Assembly (NCBI GenBank): GCA_903908245.1
Contig: CAIVRE010000010.1
Location: 4,227 to 68,226 of the forward strand
DNA length: 64,000 nucleotides
Origin: Candidatus Omnitrophota bacterium
GTDB lineage: Bacteria; Omnitrophota; Gorgyraeia; Zapsychrales; Fredricksoniimonadaceae
Reading direction: 5' to 3'
Shown here: positions 34,750-44,325 of the stretch, piece after piece
Layout of the letters: every line of letters begins with the position of its first letter
Numbering within the stretch: position 1 is the first letter of the stretch
Notes under the pieces: model-generated
Database searches by the model: none
What the model saw: only the letters and a program-made list of their open reading frames with translations
Told to the model about the DNA's origin: nothing
Position numbers and translations under genes: made by a program

Positions 34750-35522
34750 TCTTCCCGGCAGGAAACAGGCTCGCCTTCTTTGTGCCCGAACATCTTGCTG
34801 GCCGCTTTGAACTCCTCGGCAAAACCCCATTGCCGAACCTTCCCATTGGCTTCACGCTCCGCATTGCATGTGACCCGCCCTTTACGGGCATGATCCAGCA
34901 CCCGGTGCGCCAGCTCATGAGCCAGAACCCCTTCGATCGGTAACGGAGAATCCGCGTCATTAAGCGCGGAACTTAATTTAATGATCGTAAGCCCCATTTC
35001 CCCGGCAGGCGCATCTTCCGCGGAAGAAATGATCTCGGACGTATTGGCGAACCTGGCCGTACCCGAGTCATAATATTCCGTGACCAGGACCGGCCTGCGC
35101 CGGTCCGTCACATTAAGAAAATCGGGTAAAGAAATACGCCGCAGGACCTCTTTTAACGCCGCATATATCTTCGGCATACCGCGAATGATCCCCTGGGAAC
35201 AGAACTCGCCCAAATACTCATCGACCACCTCGTCACGGTCATCGATCGTCCATCCCGCGACTTTCCCTTGCTGGACATGAAAAGTGGCCATATGAAGAAC
35301 CGGCCCCTTCAACGGTTCATTGAACGTGATCCATTGGCCGTTCTCATCCTCGCGATAAGTCCTTGCCGACTTCCGGGGATACGCCCTGAAGAATTTCTCT
35401 TGTGTCATCCCCTGAAAAACACCGTGGAGCTTCTCGTTGCCACCCCGGGCCGCGAAAGCCTTCGGCTGTGACACAATGAAAAAGACAAGAAGAATAACGA
35501 AGAAGATCCTGGATGGATTCAT
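34746..35522 (-). CDS. Secreted putative zinc metallopeptidase-like protein (HExxH, DUF955/ImmA-IrrE-like motif arrangement)
   Basis: N-terminal signal-like hydrophobic segment. LAHELAHRVLDH followed by NAEREANGKVRQWGF resembles the HEXXH...E.EAN.FA arrangement of M78/DUF955 peptidases. Start assigned to MNPSRIFF. Confidence 0.45.
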   Translation of the reverse strand: MNPSRIFFVILLVFFIVSQPKAFAARGGNEKLHGVFQGMTQEKFFRAYPRKSARTYREDENGQWITFNEPLKGPVLHMATFHVQQGKVAGWTIDDRDEVVDEYLGEFCSQGIIRGMPKIYAALKEVLRRISLPDFLNVTDRRRPVLVTEYYDSGTARFANTSEIISSAEDAPAGEMGLTIIKLSSALNDADSPLPIEGVLAHELAHRVLDHARKGRVTCNAEREANGKVRQWGFAEEFKAASKMFGHKEGEPVSCREE

Positions 35523-35610
35523 AAGATTAACATTATAACAAATATTCACCATCATCAAACAAATTGCCAAAATGAGATAAAAATAAAAAAACTCATGTTA
35601 TAATTCGTCT

Positions 35611-36810
35611 GTGAAAATCCTTCTGCTGACCAATGAATACCCGCCCAACACCTACGGAGGGGCGGGAGTCCATGTTGAATATTTAAGCCGCGCGCTAGCC
35701 TGTTTATGTTCGGTCGATGTGCGCTGTTTCGGTGAACAGGCTGTTGATCTCCCCAACCTGACGGTCAAAGGCTTCCCCAACGACCCGAACTACCCGGCAC
35801 CCAAAGAACTTGCCCGGGTCTTCGATTCGATCCAGCGCTGCCTGAATTTCAACACCAGCGGCATTAACACGGATATCGTCCATGTCCATACCTGGTACAC
35901 GCATCTCGGCGGGATCATCGCAAAGCTCAACTACGGCACCCCTTTGGTCCTGACCGTCCATTCGCTTGAACCTTTACGCCCCTGGAAAAAAGAACAGCTT
36001 GGCGGCGGTTACGACTTCAGCTGCTGGGTAGAAAAGACCGCCATCGAACTGGCTGACGCAGTGATCGCCGTCTCACAGGACACCAAGGACGACATCCTCC
36101 GTCACTTTAATATCGCTTCCGACAAGATCACTGTTATCCCCAACGGCATCGACCCGCAGGAATATCAACCTGTCCACGAACCCGAACGCCTCGCCCGTTT
36201 TGGAATTGACCCGAACAAGCCCTACGTGCTCTTTGTCGGAAGGATCACGCGGCAGAAAGGGATCATCCATCTGGTCAGGGCGATCAAACATTTGAGGCCA
36301 GACCTGCAAGTAGTCCTTTGCGCCAGTTCTCCCGACACTCCGGCGATCGCCAAAGAAATGGAAGACCAGTTCAACGAAGCCCGGGCGAAACACACCGGCG
36401 TGATCTGGATCGCGGAAATGGTCGACCTTCCGACCAAGAGGGCGCTGTATTCGCATGCCGCGATCTTCTGTTGTCCTTCCGTCTACGAACCGTTCGGGAT
36501 CATCAACCTCGAAGCCATGGCATGTAAAACACCGGTAGTCGCAACAGCGGTCGGAGGGATCAAGGAAGCCGTAGCGGATGGCATTACAGGGATCCTGGTG
36601 CCTGTCAGGCTCAAAGACGGGATCCTGTCAGAACCCGTCGACCCTGAACAGTTCTCCAAAGACCTGGCCGAACAGATCAACTTTCTGATGGACAATGACG
36701 ATTTGCGTCAACAGATGGGGGAAGCCGGACGTCACCGGGCCTGCGAACTTTTCAGCTGGGACAATGTCGCCCGCCGAACATTGAAACTCTACAAAACCCT
36801 TCGCCCTTAA
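35611..36810 (+). CDS. GT4 glycosyltransferase of the GlgM/Corynebacterium-type glycogen synthase family (alpha-maltose-1-phosphate synthase-like)
   Basis: Starts MKILLLTNEYPPNTYGGAGVHVEYLSRALA, typical of the GlgM / GT4 GlgA family. About 400 aa. Located next to glgE. Confidence 0.7.
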   Translation: MKILLLTNEYPPNTYGGAGVHVEYLSRALACLCSVDVRCFGEQAVDLPNLTVKGFPNDPNYPAPKELARVFDSIQRCLNFNTSGINTDIVHVHTWYTHLGGIIAKLNYGTPLVLTVHSLEPLRPWKKEQLGGGYDFSCWVEKTAIELADAVIAVSQDTKDDILRHFNIASDKITVIPNGIDPQEYQPVHEPERLARFGIDPNKPYVLFVGRITRQKGIIHLVRAIKHLRPDLQVVLCASSPDTPAIAKEMEDQFNEARAKHTGVIWIAEMVDLPTKRALYSHAAIFCCPSVYEPFGIINLEAMACKTPVVATAVGGIKEAVADGITGILVPVRLKDGILSEPVDPEQFSKDLAEQINFLMDNDDLRQQMGEAGRHRACELFSWDNVARRTLKLYKTLRP

Positions 36811-36812
36811 TA

Positions 36813-38777
36813 TCAGGCTTTCAACTTCACATCAAAGATCAGTACCGGATGAGTCTTGACATCCAGCCTGACCTCATTCCACTCTCCCTGCCAGTGATAC
36901 GTCTTGTTGGCCAAAAGATCGACAACGTCATACTTGCTGTCCAATTTAACCTTCAGGTCGTACAGGGGGACCTTGACCCAACCCGATTGATCATGGGATG
37001 GATCGAGATTCACGACCACCAGTGTATGGCTCGTAGCATCGTCGGAAGACTTTATATAGGCAATAAGCCTGGGATTCTCCAGCTCGCAGAAACGGGTATT
37101 CCAGGTCGTCTGAAGTTCCGGACGGATCTTTCTTAACTGATTCACCTTCGCGATAATATCCTTGATATTCCCGTGACGGTCCCAATCCCAGCTTTTAAGC
37201 TCGTACTTCTCGGAATGAATATATTCTTCCTTGCCTTCAACGGATTTGTTCTCACACAACTCATAGGCCGGGCCATACATCCCGTAATTGGAAGACAGTG
37301 TTGCAGCCAGCACAAAGCGGGCGATGAACATGGACCGCGGCGCGTTCTGCAAATGCCCGGCCAGGATATCCGGCGTATTTGGCCAAAAGTTCGGACGATA
37401 AACCTCTCTCGACTCCCCCGATGTCAATTGACCAATATACTGCGTTAACTCTTCCTTGGTCGAACGCCAGGTAAAATATGTATACGACTGGGTAAATCCC
37501 GCCTTGGCCAGCTGATGCATGACCTTCGGACGGGTAAATGCCTCCGCAAGGAAAATGACATCCGGATGCTTCTTGCGGACTTCCCCGATCATCCAGCTCC
37601 AGAACACGAACGGTTTCGTGTGAGGATTATCAACACGGAATATTTTAACCCCCTGCTCGATCCAAAAATCAATAACGCTCTTGAGTTCCTCCCAAAGCGC
37701 CAAATGGTCCGTGCAATTAAAATCGATCGGATAAACGTCCTCATACTTCTTGGGAGGGTTCTCGGCGTATTGAATGGAACCATCCGGCCGCTTCACGAAC
37801 CATTCGGGATGTTCGTTGACATAAGGATGATCCGGAGAACACTGATAGGCCACATCCAGCGCGACCTCCAGGCCAAGGCCGGCAGCCTCTTTAACGAACC
37901 AGCGAAAATCCTCAATGGTCCCAAGGTCGGAATTCACCGCCTTATGCCCGCCGGTTGAATTGCCAACCGCCCACGGGCTGCCCGGATCCCCGGGCAAGCA
38001 TTGTACAGCATTATTCTTGCCTTTACGTTTGCTGATACCCACCGGATGGACCGGCGGAAGATAGACCACATCAAAACCCATCCGGGCGATCTCTTTAAGG
38101 ACCGGCAGGCAATCACGGAAACGGCCATGCTGGCCGGGCTTACCGAAAGAACGAGGAAAAAACTCATACCAGCTGCTGAAAAGAGCCTTCTTGCGGTCCA
38201 CCTGAACATTGAGGATCTTGGCATATTCACGGCAGGTATCACTATCCGGGATCCTGCGGCTTAACGCACAGAGCGATCCGTCCAGTAAAGCCTGCGCGGT
38301 CATCTTTCCGGAACACAAGGCTTTAACACGAAGGAGCTCAGGATCATCCGGATCACCCGCCATAGAGCTCGAAACAAGTTTCTCAAGGATCCCCTGGCCG
38401 ACCAAAATATGCGTCGCAAGGTCCTGCCCTGCCTCATAACGTTTGACAAATTCCTTCTGCCAGGTCTCAAACGGATTGACCCATGCCCGGATCGTATATT
38501 CATGATCGGTCAATGAACCGACCCTGAACTGCCCTTCCCAAAGGTCATTGCCCAAGGCGGTCATCAGGACGCCGTCCCATCGCGCCGCGCCTTTCGGACG
38601 ATAGCGCAACTCGGCGCTGATATCATTATGGCCATCACTGAAAATATCCGCGCGGACCAGCACCGCTTCCCCTGGAACACGCCTGACCGCGATCGATCCG
38701 CCGTCGATCTCCGGCGTTACATTCTCAATAACGATACGGACGATCCCCTGTTTGACCTTCAATTTCTTTTCTGCCAT
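36813..38777 (-). CDS. glgE: Alpha-1,4-glucan:maltose-1-phosphate maltosyltransferase GlgE
   Basis: 654 aa. The N-terminal DUF3416-like domain (VIENVTPEIDGG...VRRVPGE) followed by a GH13 catalytic barrel is the GlgE architecture. Confidence 0.8.
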   Translation of the reverse strand: MAEKKLKVKQGIVRIVIENVTPEIDGGSIAVRRVPGEAVLVRADIFSDGHNDISAELRYRPKGAARWDGVLMTALGNDLWEGQFRVGSLTDHEYTIRAWVNPFETWQKEFVKRYEAGQDLATHILVGQGILEKLVSSSMAGDPDDPELLRVKALCSGKMTAQALLDGSLCALSRRIPDSDTCREYAKILNVQVDRKKALFSSWYEFFPRSFGKPGQHGRFRDCLPVLKEIARMGFDVVYLPPVHPVGISKRKGKNNAVQCLPGDPGSPWAVGNSTGGHKAVNSDLGTIEDFRWFVKEAAGLGLEVALDVAYQCSPDHPYVNEHPEWFVKRPDGSIQYAENPPKKYEDVYPIDFNCTDHLALWEELKSVIDFWIEQGVKIFRVDNPHTKPFVFWSWMIGEVRKKHPDVIFLAEAFTRPKVMHQLAKAGFTQSYTYFTWRSTKEELTQYIGQLTSGESREVYRPNFWPNTPDILAGHLQNAPRSMFIARFVLAATLSSNYGMYGPAYELCENKSVEGKEEYIHSEKYELKSWDWDRHGNIKDIIAKVNQLRKIRPELQTTWNTRFCELENPRLIAYIKSSDDATSHTLVVVNLDPSHDQSGWVKVPLYDLKVKLDSKYDVVDLLANKTYHWQGEWNEVRLDVKTHPVLIFDVKLKA

Positions 38778-38829
38778 GGACTAACTCTCTTTCTTATTAA
38801 CTTCTCATCAAATCATGGACCTTTGTCCG

Positions 38830-40101
38830 TTAAACCGGCCTGTCAGCGGCATTGATCGTCTTCCTGGCATCCCTTTCAGAATGACTAAAAGAAAGGAACT
38901 GTGCCTCGAACTGCGACGGCGGGAGGTTAACCCCCTGACGCAGCATCGACCAGAAATATTTTGCGTACTTTGCCGTATCCGCGTTCTTGGCACTCTTGAA
39001 ATCCGTAACAGGCTTTGATGTAAAAAAGACCGTGAACAATGACCCCGCGCGGTTGATCGTGACAGGCACTCCATTCCTGTCGAATTGTTCCGTCAGTCCA
39101 AGACAAAGTTCCGCGGTCATTTGATCGAGGGCGGCGTAATCTTTATTCTTCAGCACGCCAAGGACCGCCAAACCGGCAGCCACAGCAACGGGATTCCCGG
39201 ACAAAGTGCCGGCCTGATACACGGGCCCTAAAGGAGCGACACAGTCCATAATATCTTTTCTTCCGCCGTAAGCACCGCTCGGCAACCCGCCGCCGATAAT
39301 CTTGCCCAGGCAGGTCAGGTCCGGCCGGATCTTCTGCAAAGTCTGAACCCCGCCAAAATGGAACCGGAACCCCGAAATAACCTCGTCAAAGATCAGAACG
39401 ATCCCGTGCTTTGCGGTCAACTTGCGTATTTCGCCAAGAAAATCCTCATGCGGCAAGACCACCCCCATATTCGCCGCAACCGGCTCAACAATAACACAAG
39501 CGATCTCTTCGGCATATTTCAAAACAACTTTACGGAAATATTCAATATCATTATATGGACATACAAGCGTGTCCCGGCTTAAGTCCTTCGTCACACCGGC
39601 GCTGCCAGGAATACCTTGTGTCGCCGCGCCCGAACCCGCCTTGACAAGTAAACTGTCGCAATGCCCGTGATAACAGCCGTCGAACTTAATGATCTTGTTA
39701 CGGCCGGTAAACCCGCGGCTCAAACGGATCACGCTCATCGTGGCTTCCGTACCGGAACTGACAAAACGCATCCTCTGGATCGAAGGAATGGCCTGGGCAA
39801 TGACCTTGGCCAGTTCGGTCTCGGCTTTTGTCGGCGCTCCAAAGCTGGACCCATTCTTCACCGCAGCCTCAACCGCCTTGACAACCTCGGGCGCTGCGTG
39901 ACCGAGGATCAATGCTCCCCAGCTCATTACATAATCCAGGTAACGATTCCCATCCTCATCATAAATAGTTGACCCCAGGCCTTTTTTTATAAAAAGAGGC
40001 GTTCCACCGACAGACCCGAAAGCGCGCACAGGGCTGTTCACTCCTCCGGGAAAATACCGCGAAGCTTCTTTATAAAGTTTTCTGGAACGTTCGACCTTCA
40101 T
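38830..40101 (-). CDS. hemL: Glutamate-1-semialdehyde 2,1-aminomutase
   Basis: 423-aa class-III aminotransferase with conserved HemL blocks (YLDYVMSWGALILGH, FDEVISGFR). Confidence 0.9.
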   Translation of the reverse strand: MKVERSRKLYKEASRYFPGGVNSPVRAFGSVGGTPLFIKKGLGSTIYDEDGNRYLDYVMSWGALILGHAAPEVVKAVEAAVKNGSSFGAPTKAETELAKVIAQAIPSIQRMRFVSSGTEATMSVIRLSRGFTGRNKIIKFDGCYHGHCDSLLVKAGSGAATQGIPGSAGVTKDLSRDTLVCPYNDIEYFRKVVLKYAEEIACVIVEPVAANMGVVLPHEDFLGEIRKLTAKHGIVLIFDEVISGFRFHFGGVQTLQKIRPDLTCLGKIIGGGLPSGAYGGRKDIMDCVAPLGPVYQAGTLSGNPVAVAAGLAVLGVLKNKDYAALDQMTAELCLGLTEQFDRNGVPVTINRAGSLFTVFFTSKPVTDFKSAKNADTAKYAKYFWSMLRQGVNLPPSQFEAQFLSFSHSERDARKTINAADRPV

Positions 40102-40571
40102 GCGAGGATCTCCTTAAGATCGCTCCTGATCTTCTTGAATTCCCTGATCGTGAACTGGACCTTGAACATTGTAACACCGGACTTTACGGACATCGACTTG
40201 ATCACGGTCTCAGACTCTTTCTTGTCCCTGGCATGCACCATGGTGTAAAGATTGTATGGCCAATCAGGATAAGTCTGGCGCGCGTAACAATGCGTGACCT
40301 GCGGAAAACCGGCGAAGATCCTGCCCGCCGCTTCCAGCTTCGGCTCCTTCACCTGCCACATGACCAGCGCATTGCACTTATAACCAACCTTGAAATGCCC
40401 CAGGACAGTCCCAACCCGGCGAATGACCCCGGCATCCTTATACGCCTGGATCCTGGACAAAAGCCTTGCCTCCGGCATCCCCAAACGCCCCGCAACTGCA
40501 GCATAAGGCTTGGATACAAGTGCAAGCGGGTCACTTAAAGCCGAAATGATCTTCTTAACGTCTTTTTTCAT
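40098..40571 (-). CDS. ahbB: Siroheme decarboxylase subunit (AhbA/AhbB; Lrp/AsnC-like)
   Basis: 157-aa AsnC-like fold protein, paired with a second paralog and with NirJ-like radical SAM genes in a heme cluster. The alpha/beta assignment is arbitrary. Confidence 0.65.
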   Translation of the reverse strand: MKKDVKKIISALSDPLALVSKPYAAVAGRLGMPEARLLSRIQAYKDAGVIRRVGTVLGHFKVGYKCNALVMWQVKEPKLEAAGRIFAGFPQVTHCYARQTYPDWPYNLYTMVHARDKKESETVIKSMSVKSGVTMFKVQFTIREFKKIRSDLKEILA

Positions 40572-40599
40572 AGCATTGGTTAGATAATGCTCGTCCGCA

Positions 40600-41052
40600 T
40601 TATCTCAATTCAAACACAGCCTGGCTCTTGAACACCTGCCGCGTACGCAGATCAAGCATATCGTTAATACCGCTCTTCTTGCGTATCTCCGCAAGAATGG
40701 CCTTTAACTTGCGCTCAGATGCCGCACTGACCGTGAACCAGACATTATAATCATCCGCCCGAAGGTAATTATGGCTGATATTCGGATACGCGTTAATGAT
40801 CTTTACGGTCTTATTTAACTTGCTCTCCGGGACTCGCAAGGCAATAAGGCTTGAGACAATGCCCAGCTTGCGCAGGTCGAACATCGCCGCAATATACCGG
40901 AGCATCCCGTCTTTCTTAAGTTTTTTAAAATACGCCAACATTTCCTTCTCTGTACAGCCCGCCTCAGCGGCCAGTGCCGCAAAAGGCCTGGAGGTTAACG
41001 GGAAATCTGTCTGTAATCCCTTGAGGAGTTTCCTGTCTTTAGTTGTCATCAT
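40600..41052 (-). CDS. ahbA: Siroheme decarboxylase subunit (AhbA/AhbB; Lrp/AsnC-like)
   Basis: 150 aa. The N-terminus KDRKLLKGLQTDFPLTSRPFAALAAE matches the NirD/L/G/H-AhbA/B family. Confidence 0.65.
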   Translation of the reverse strand: MMTTKDRKLLKGLQTDFPLTSRPFAALAAEAGCTEKEMLAYFKKLKKDGMLRYIAAMFDLRKLGIVSSLIALRVPESKLNKTVKIINAYPNISHNYLRADDYNVWFTVSAASERKLKAILAEIRKKSGINDMLDLRTRQVFKSQAVFELR

Positions 41053-41055
41053 CTT

Positions 41056-42027
41056 CTAATAAATGCACTCAGGGTCAAAATCCATATAATTCCCTGTCTG
41101 GGCATACGCCCGGGCACGGCAGCCTCCGCAGGTGGTCTTATGCTGGCATCCGCCGCAATTGCCATTATACTGCCCGCCGCGCAATTCCTTGAACAACGCA
41201 TGATCCTTCCACATCAGGCTGAATTTCTGATCGCGCACATTGCCCACCTTGATCGGGAAATACGGGCACGGATGCACATCGCCATTGGGCAGGATACAGC
41301 AATAACTCACCCCGGCCAGGCAGCCGCGTGTAAAACGCGTCGGCTGGTTCATGTCCTGCGCCAAAGGGACGAACTGCGGAGCGCAAACAGGTTTTAACTC
41401 GATGGGCACTTCCAGCTGCTTCTTCATGATCTTTTTGAGCAGCGACTGATATTCACTCGAAGGGATAACAGCTGAAAGGCCCTTGCCTCTTCCCGTCGGA
41501 ACAAGAAAGAACATATGATGCGCTTTTGCGCCCAGACTAACAGCCAGGTCCGTGATCTTCTCGACATCCTGATAATTATAGGTCGTCACTGTGGTATGGA
41601 TCTGAAAATCCAGGCCCTCGTCCCTGCACGCCTTCATGCCTGCCAAACTGCCCTTCCACGAACCGGTATCCTGACGAAAATCATCATGAATGGCTTCTGT
41701 CGTGCTGTCGAGGCTGATCCCGGCGCGGGCAAGCCCGGCATCCTTGAGTTTCCTGGCGACAATGCGGTCGATCATGATCCCGTTGGTCCCGAGCACCGGA
41801 CGCAAACCATTGGCGTTGGCATGAGCGATGAGGTCGTAAACATCCTTGCGCATCAACGGCTCACCGCCGCTAATAATGAGGATCTTGAACCCTGCCAGCG
41901 CAATCTGCCCGATAAGGTCCTTGCCCTCCTGAGGGGTCAGCTCATCCGCTTCTTTTGTGCCGGCATCACGATAGCAATGGCGACACTTCAACTGACAGGC
42001 TTTGGTAATATTCCATGAAATAATCAT
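41056..42027 (-). CDS. ahbD: NirJ-like radical SAM/SPASM enzyme of alternative heme biosynthesis (AhbD-like, heme synthase)
   Basis: CQLKCRHCY radical-SAM cluster at the N-terminus and a Cys-rich SPASM C-terminus. 323 aa. The split between AhbC and AhbD is assigned by size only. Confidence 0.6.
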   Translation of the reverse strand: MIISWNITKACQLKCRHCYRDAGTKEADELTPQEGKDLIGQIALAGFKILIISGGEPLMRKDVYDLIAHANANGLRPVLGTNGIMIDRIVARKLKDAGLARAGISLDSTTEAIHDDFRQDTGSWKGSLAGMKACRDEGLDFQIHTTVTTYNYQDVEKITDLAVSLGAKAHHMFFLVPTGRGKGLSAVIPSSEYQSLLKKIMKKQLEVPIELKPVCAPQFVPLAQDMNQPTRFTRGCLAGVSYCCILPNGDVHPCPYFPIKVGNVRDQKFSLMWKDHALFKELRGGQYNGNCGGCQHKTTCGGCRARAYAQTGNYMDFDPECIY

Positions 42028-42088
42028 AATATTTTCCTGTATATCAGGCGAGGCAACGCCTCGCCCCTACACTCGTGCGTGCACGTAA

Positions 42089-42108
42089 GGGCGACCCGAT
42101 GGGTCGCC
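42089..42108 (-). repeat. GC-rich palindromic intercistronic element, copy 1 (GGGCGACCC-GAT-GGGTCGCC), between hemB and ahbD
   Basis: Read directly from the sequence. A second hairpin, GGCGAGGCAACGCCTCGCC, lies at 42047-42065. Confidence 0.55.
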
Positions 42109-42115
42109 TGGCGAT

Positions 42116-43105
42116 TTAACGTTTTAACCAACGGGCAATATCGCAAACATGATAACCGATCACGATCCCGGCGCCAGCACGTTTTATAGCGGTATAAGTC
42201 TCCAGAACGATCTTCTTTTCATCCACCCAGCCATTCGCCGCCGCGGCCTTGACCATGGCATACTCGCCGCTCACATTATAAGCTGCAAGCGGAACATGAA
42301 ATTTATCCCTTACCTGACGGATAATATCCAGATAAGGCAACGCGGGCTTGACCATCACAATATCCGCCCCCTGCGCGATATCCGCCGCTACCACATCCAA
42401 TGCCGTCCGGGCATCGCCGGGGTCAAGCTGGTACGTTTTACGATCACCGAACTTCGGCGCGGAACCTGCCGCGTCACGGAAAGGCCCGTAGAACGCCGAC
42501 GCGAACTTGGCGCTGTAACTCATGACCGGCGTGTCTTTGAACCCGTTCATATCAAGCATTGCGCGGATCGCCTCGACCTGAAGCGGCATCATGGCCGACG
42601 GGGCTACCATGTCCGCACCCGCTTGAGCATGCGAAAATGCTGTCCGGGCCAAACAGGAGAGTGTTTGTTTAAGATCAATGAAGTCCGTTAAACGCTGAAC
42701 CTTGGCTCCCTTATGATCAGGCTTCACAACACCGCAATGCCCATGCGGAGTATATTCGCATAAACAAACATCCGTAATGACCAGAATGCCTTTAACCGCC
42801 TTCTTGACAGCGACAACGGCCTTCTGGACGACCCCCTCTTGCGCATAAGCCCCGGAGGCTAAAAGATCCTTCTTTTGAGGGACTCCGAACAAAAGAACAG
42901 CCGGGACCCCCAGGCGTTTAGCCACAGCAACTTCTTTGATCAGAAGATCGATCGAAAACTGATAAACCCCGGGCATTGACTTGACCGGATTCTTCACGCC
43001 ACGCCCTTCGACCACAAAATACGGCATGACCAGAGAATCATGGGCAAAAACGCTCAGCACTTTGTTTTTCAATAAACGGGGAGACAATTTTAAGATATTT
43101 CTCAT
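42116..43105 (-). CDS. hemB: Porphobilinogen synthase (delta-aminolevulinate dehydratase)
   Basis: Conserved HemB blocks including the Zn-site DVCLCEYTPHGHCG. The start at MRNIL (43105) is preferred over the longer track ORF. Confidence 0.9.
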   Translation of the reverse strand: MRNILKLSPRLLKNKVLSVFAHDSLVMPYFVVEGRGVKNPVKSMPGVYQFSIDLLIKEVAVAKRLGVPAVLLFGVPQKKDLLASGAYAQEGVVQKAVVAVKKAVKGILVITDVCLCEYTPHGHCGVVKPDHKGAKVQRLTDFIDLKQTLSCLARTAFSHAQAGADMVAPSAMMPLQVEAIRAMLDMNGFKDTPVMSYSAKFASAFYGPFRDAAGSAPKFGDRKTYQLDPGDARTALDVVAADIAQGADIVMVKPALPYLDIIRQVRDKFHVPLAAYNVSGEYAMVKAAAANGWVDEKKIVLETYTAIKRAGAGIVIGYHVCDIARWLKR

Positions 43106-43122
43106 ATTATAAACCTGTAGGA

Positions 43123-43143
43123 GGGCGCCCCGATGGGTCGCCC
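43123..43143 (-). repeat. GC-rich palindromic intercistronic element, copy 2 (GGGCGCCCC-GAT-GGGTCGCCC), between ahbC and hemB
   Basis: Nearly identical core (CCCGATGGGTCGCC) to the copy at 42089-42108. Lies about 18 nt upstream of the hemB start codon. Confidence 0.55.
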
Positions 43144-43149
43144 GGCAAT

Positions 43150-44325
43150 TCAACGAGACGCGGGGACTTCGCTTCCAAAGACCTCATCATCCGTCAGGTA
43201 ACACGCCGGATCTTCGGCCCACACATCACCGGTAGCGGCCCAGGCACGCACACGCAGGTTGCCATTACAAATATCCAGGAACTTGCATGCCGGGCATCTG
43301 CCCTTCAAAAAAGACCGGCGGTCTTTGAGCTTCCCCATCAATTCATGGGATGTGTCCATCCAGATATCACCGAACTTGCGCTGACGCACATTCCCGAAAG
43401 ACACATTCTGCCAGAACTGGTCGCCATGCACATTCCCCTCGTTATCAATATTCGAAATGCCAACTCCCGACGCATTCCCGCCATTCGCCAAAAGCAGCTG
43501 ATAGATCGCGTCCGCCCCGGCCGGAGACTCCTCCTTCACTTTCAGATACAAATAAGCGCCGTCCGCGTGATTGTCAACGGTCAGGACCTCTTTATTGATC
43601 CCTCTTTTCTTGAGCGATACGACCCAGTTATAAATATCATCAATGGCACGGCGGGTATCCTTATGCACAAGGTCATTGGACTTCAAATCTGAGCCACGCC
43701 CGGAATAGGCCAAATGATAAAAACAGATGCGATCCACCTCTTCTTTCTCCACGAGATCAAAAAGCCTGGTCATATCGCTGTAGTTCTCGCCCGTGATCGT
43801 AAAACGCAGGCCTGCCTTCTGCCCCACCGCCACCAGATCCCTGATGCCGGCGAGCGCCGCGTCAAAAGCCCCGATCTTGCCGCGAAAACGGTCATTGTTC
43901 ATTCCGATCCCATCGAGGCTGACCCCGATATACTCAAACCCCGTGTCCTTGATCTTGCGCGCTACTTCCGGCGTGATCAAGGTGCCGTTGGTCGAAATCA
44001 CCGTCCGAAGGCCAAGTCCCCTGGCATAAGCATTGAGTTCAAACAGGTCCTTGCGCATCAACGGCTCGCCGCCCGAGAACAACAGGACCGGCACATTGAA
44101 TTCCTTGAGGTCACGGATCATGCCCTTGGCCTCGTCCGTCGTCAATTCATTATCGTAGGACTTCTCGCAGGAATCCGAATAACAATGCACACAATTGAGA
44201 TTGCAACGGCGGGAACAATTCCAGACAGCGATCGGCCGACGCCTGGAACGATCCGTATTGCGGCGATACCGAAGATTATCGCCGTAAGAAGTAATATCAT
44301 TTAAAAGGCCGGAAAAACTGATCAT
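43150..44325 (-). CDS. ahbC: NirJ-like radical SAM/SPASM enzyme of alternative heme biosynthesis (AhbC-like, 12,18-didecarboxysiroheme deacetylase)
   Basis: CNLNCVHCY radical-SAM motif and a SPASM-type C-terminal Cys cluster. 391 aa. Confidence 0.6.
   Translation of the reverse strand: MISFSGLLNDITSYGDNLRYRRNTDRSRRRPIAVWNCSRRCNLNCVHCYSDSCEKSYDNELTTDEAKGMIRDLKEFNVPVLLFSGGEPLMRKDLFELNAYARGLGLRTVISTNGTLITPEVARKIKDTGFEYIGVSLDGIGMNNDRFRGKIGAFDAALAGIRDLVAVGQKAGLRFTITGENYSDMTRLFDLVEKEEVDRICFYHLAYSGRGSDLKSNDLVHKDTRRAIDDIYNWVVSLKKRGINKEVLTVDNHADGAYLYLKVKEESPAGADAIYQLLLANGGNASGVGISNIDNEGNVHGDQFWQNVSFGNVRQRKFGDIWMDTSHELMGKLKDRRSFLKGRCPACKFLDICNGNLRVRAWAATGDVWAEDPACYLTDDEVFGSEVPASR

Noticed and set aside
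34523-34960. 145-aa ORF overlapping the start of znuA and the end of the HExxH gene
   Set aside because: It lies entirely within or overlaps two well-supported genes on the same strand in a different frame, and it has no recognisable motifs.
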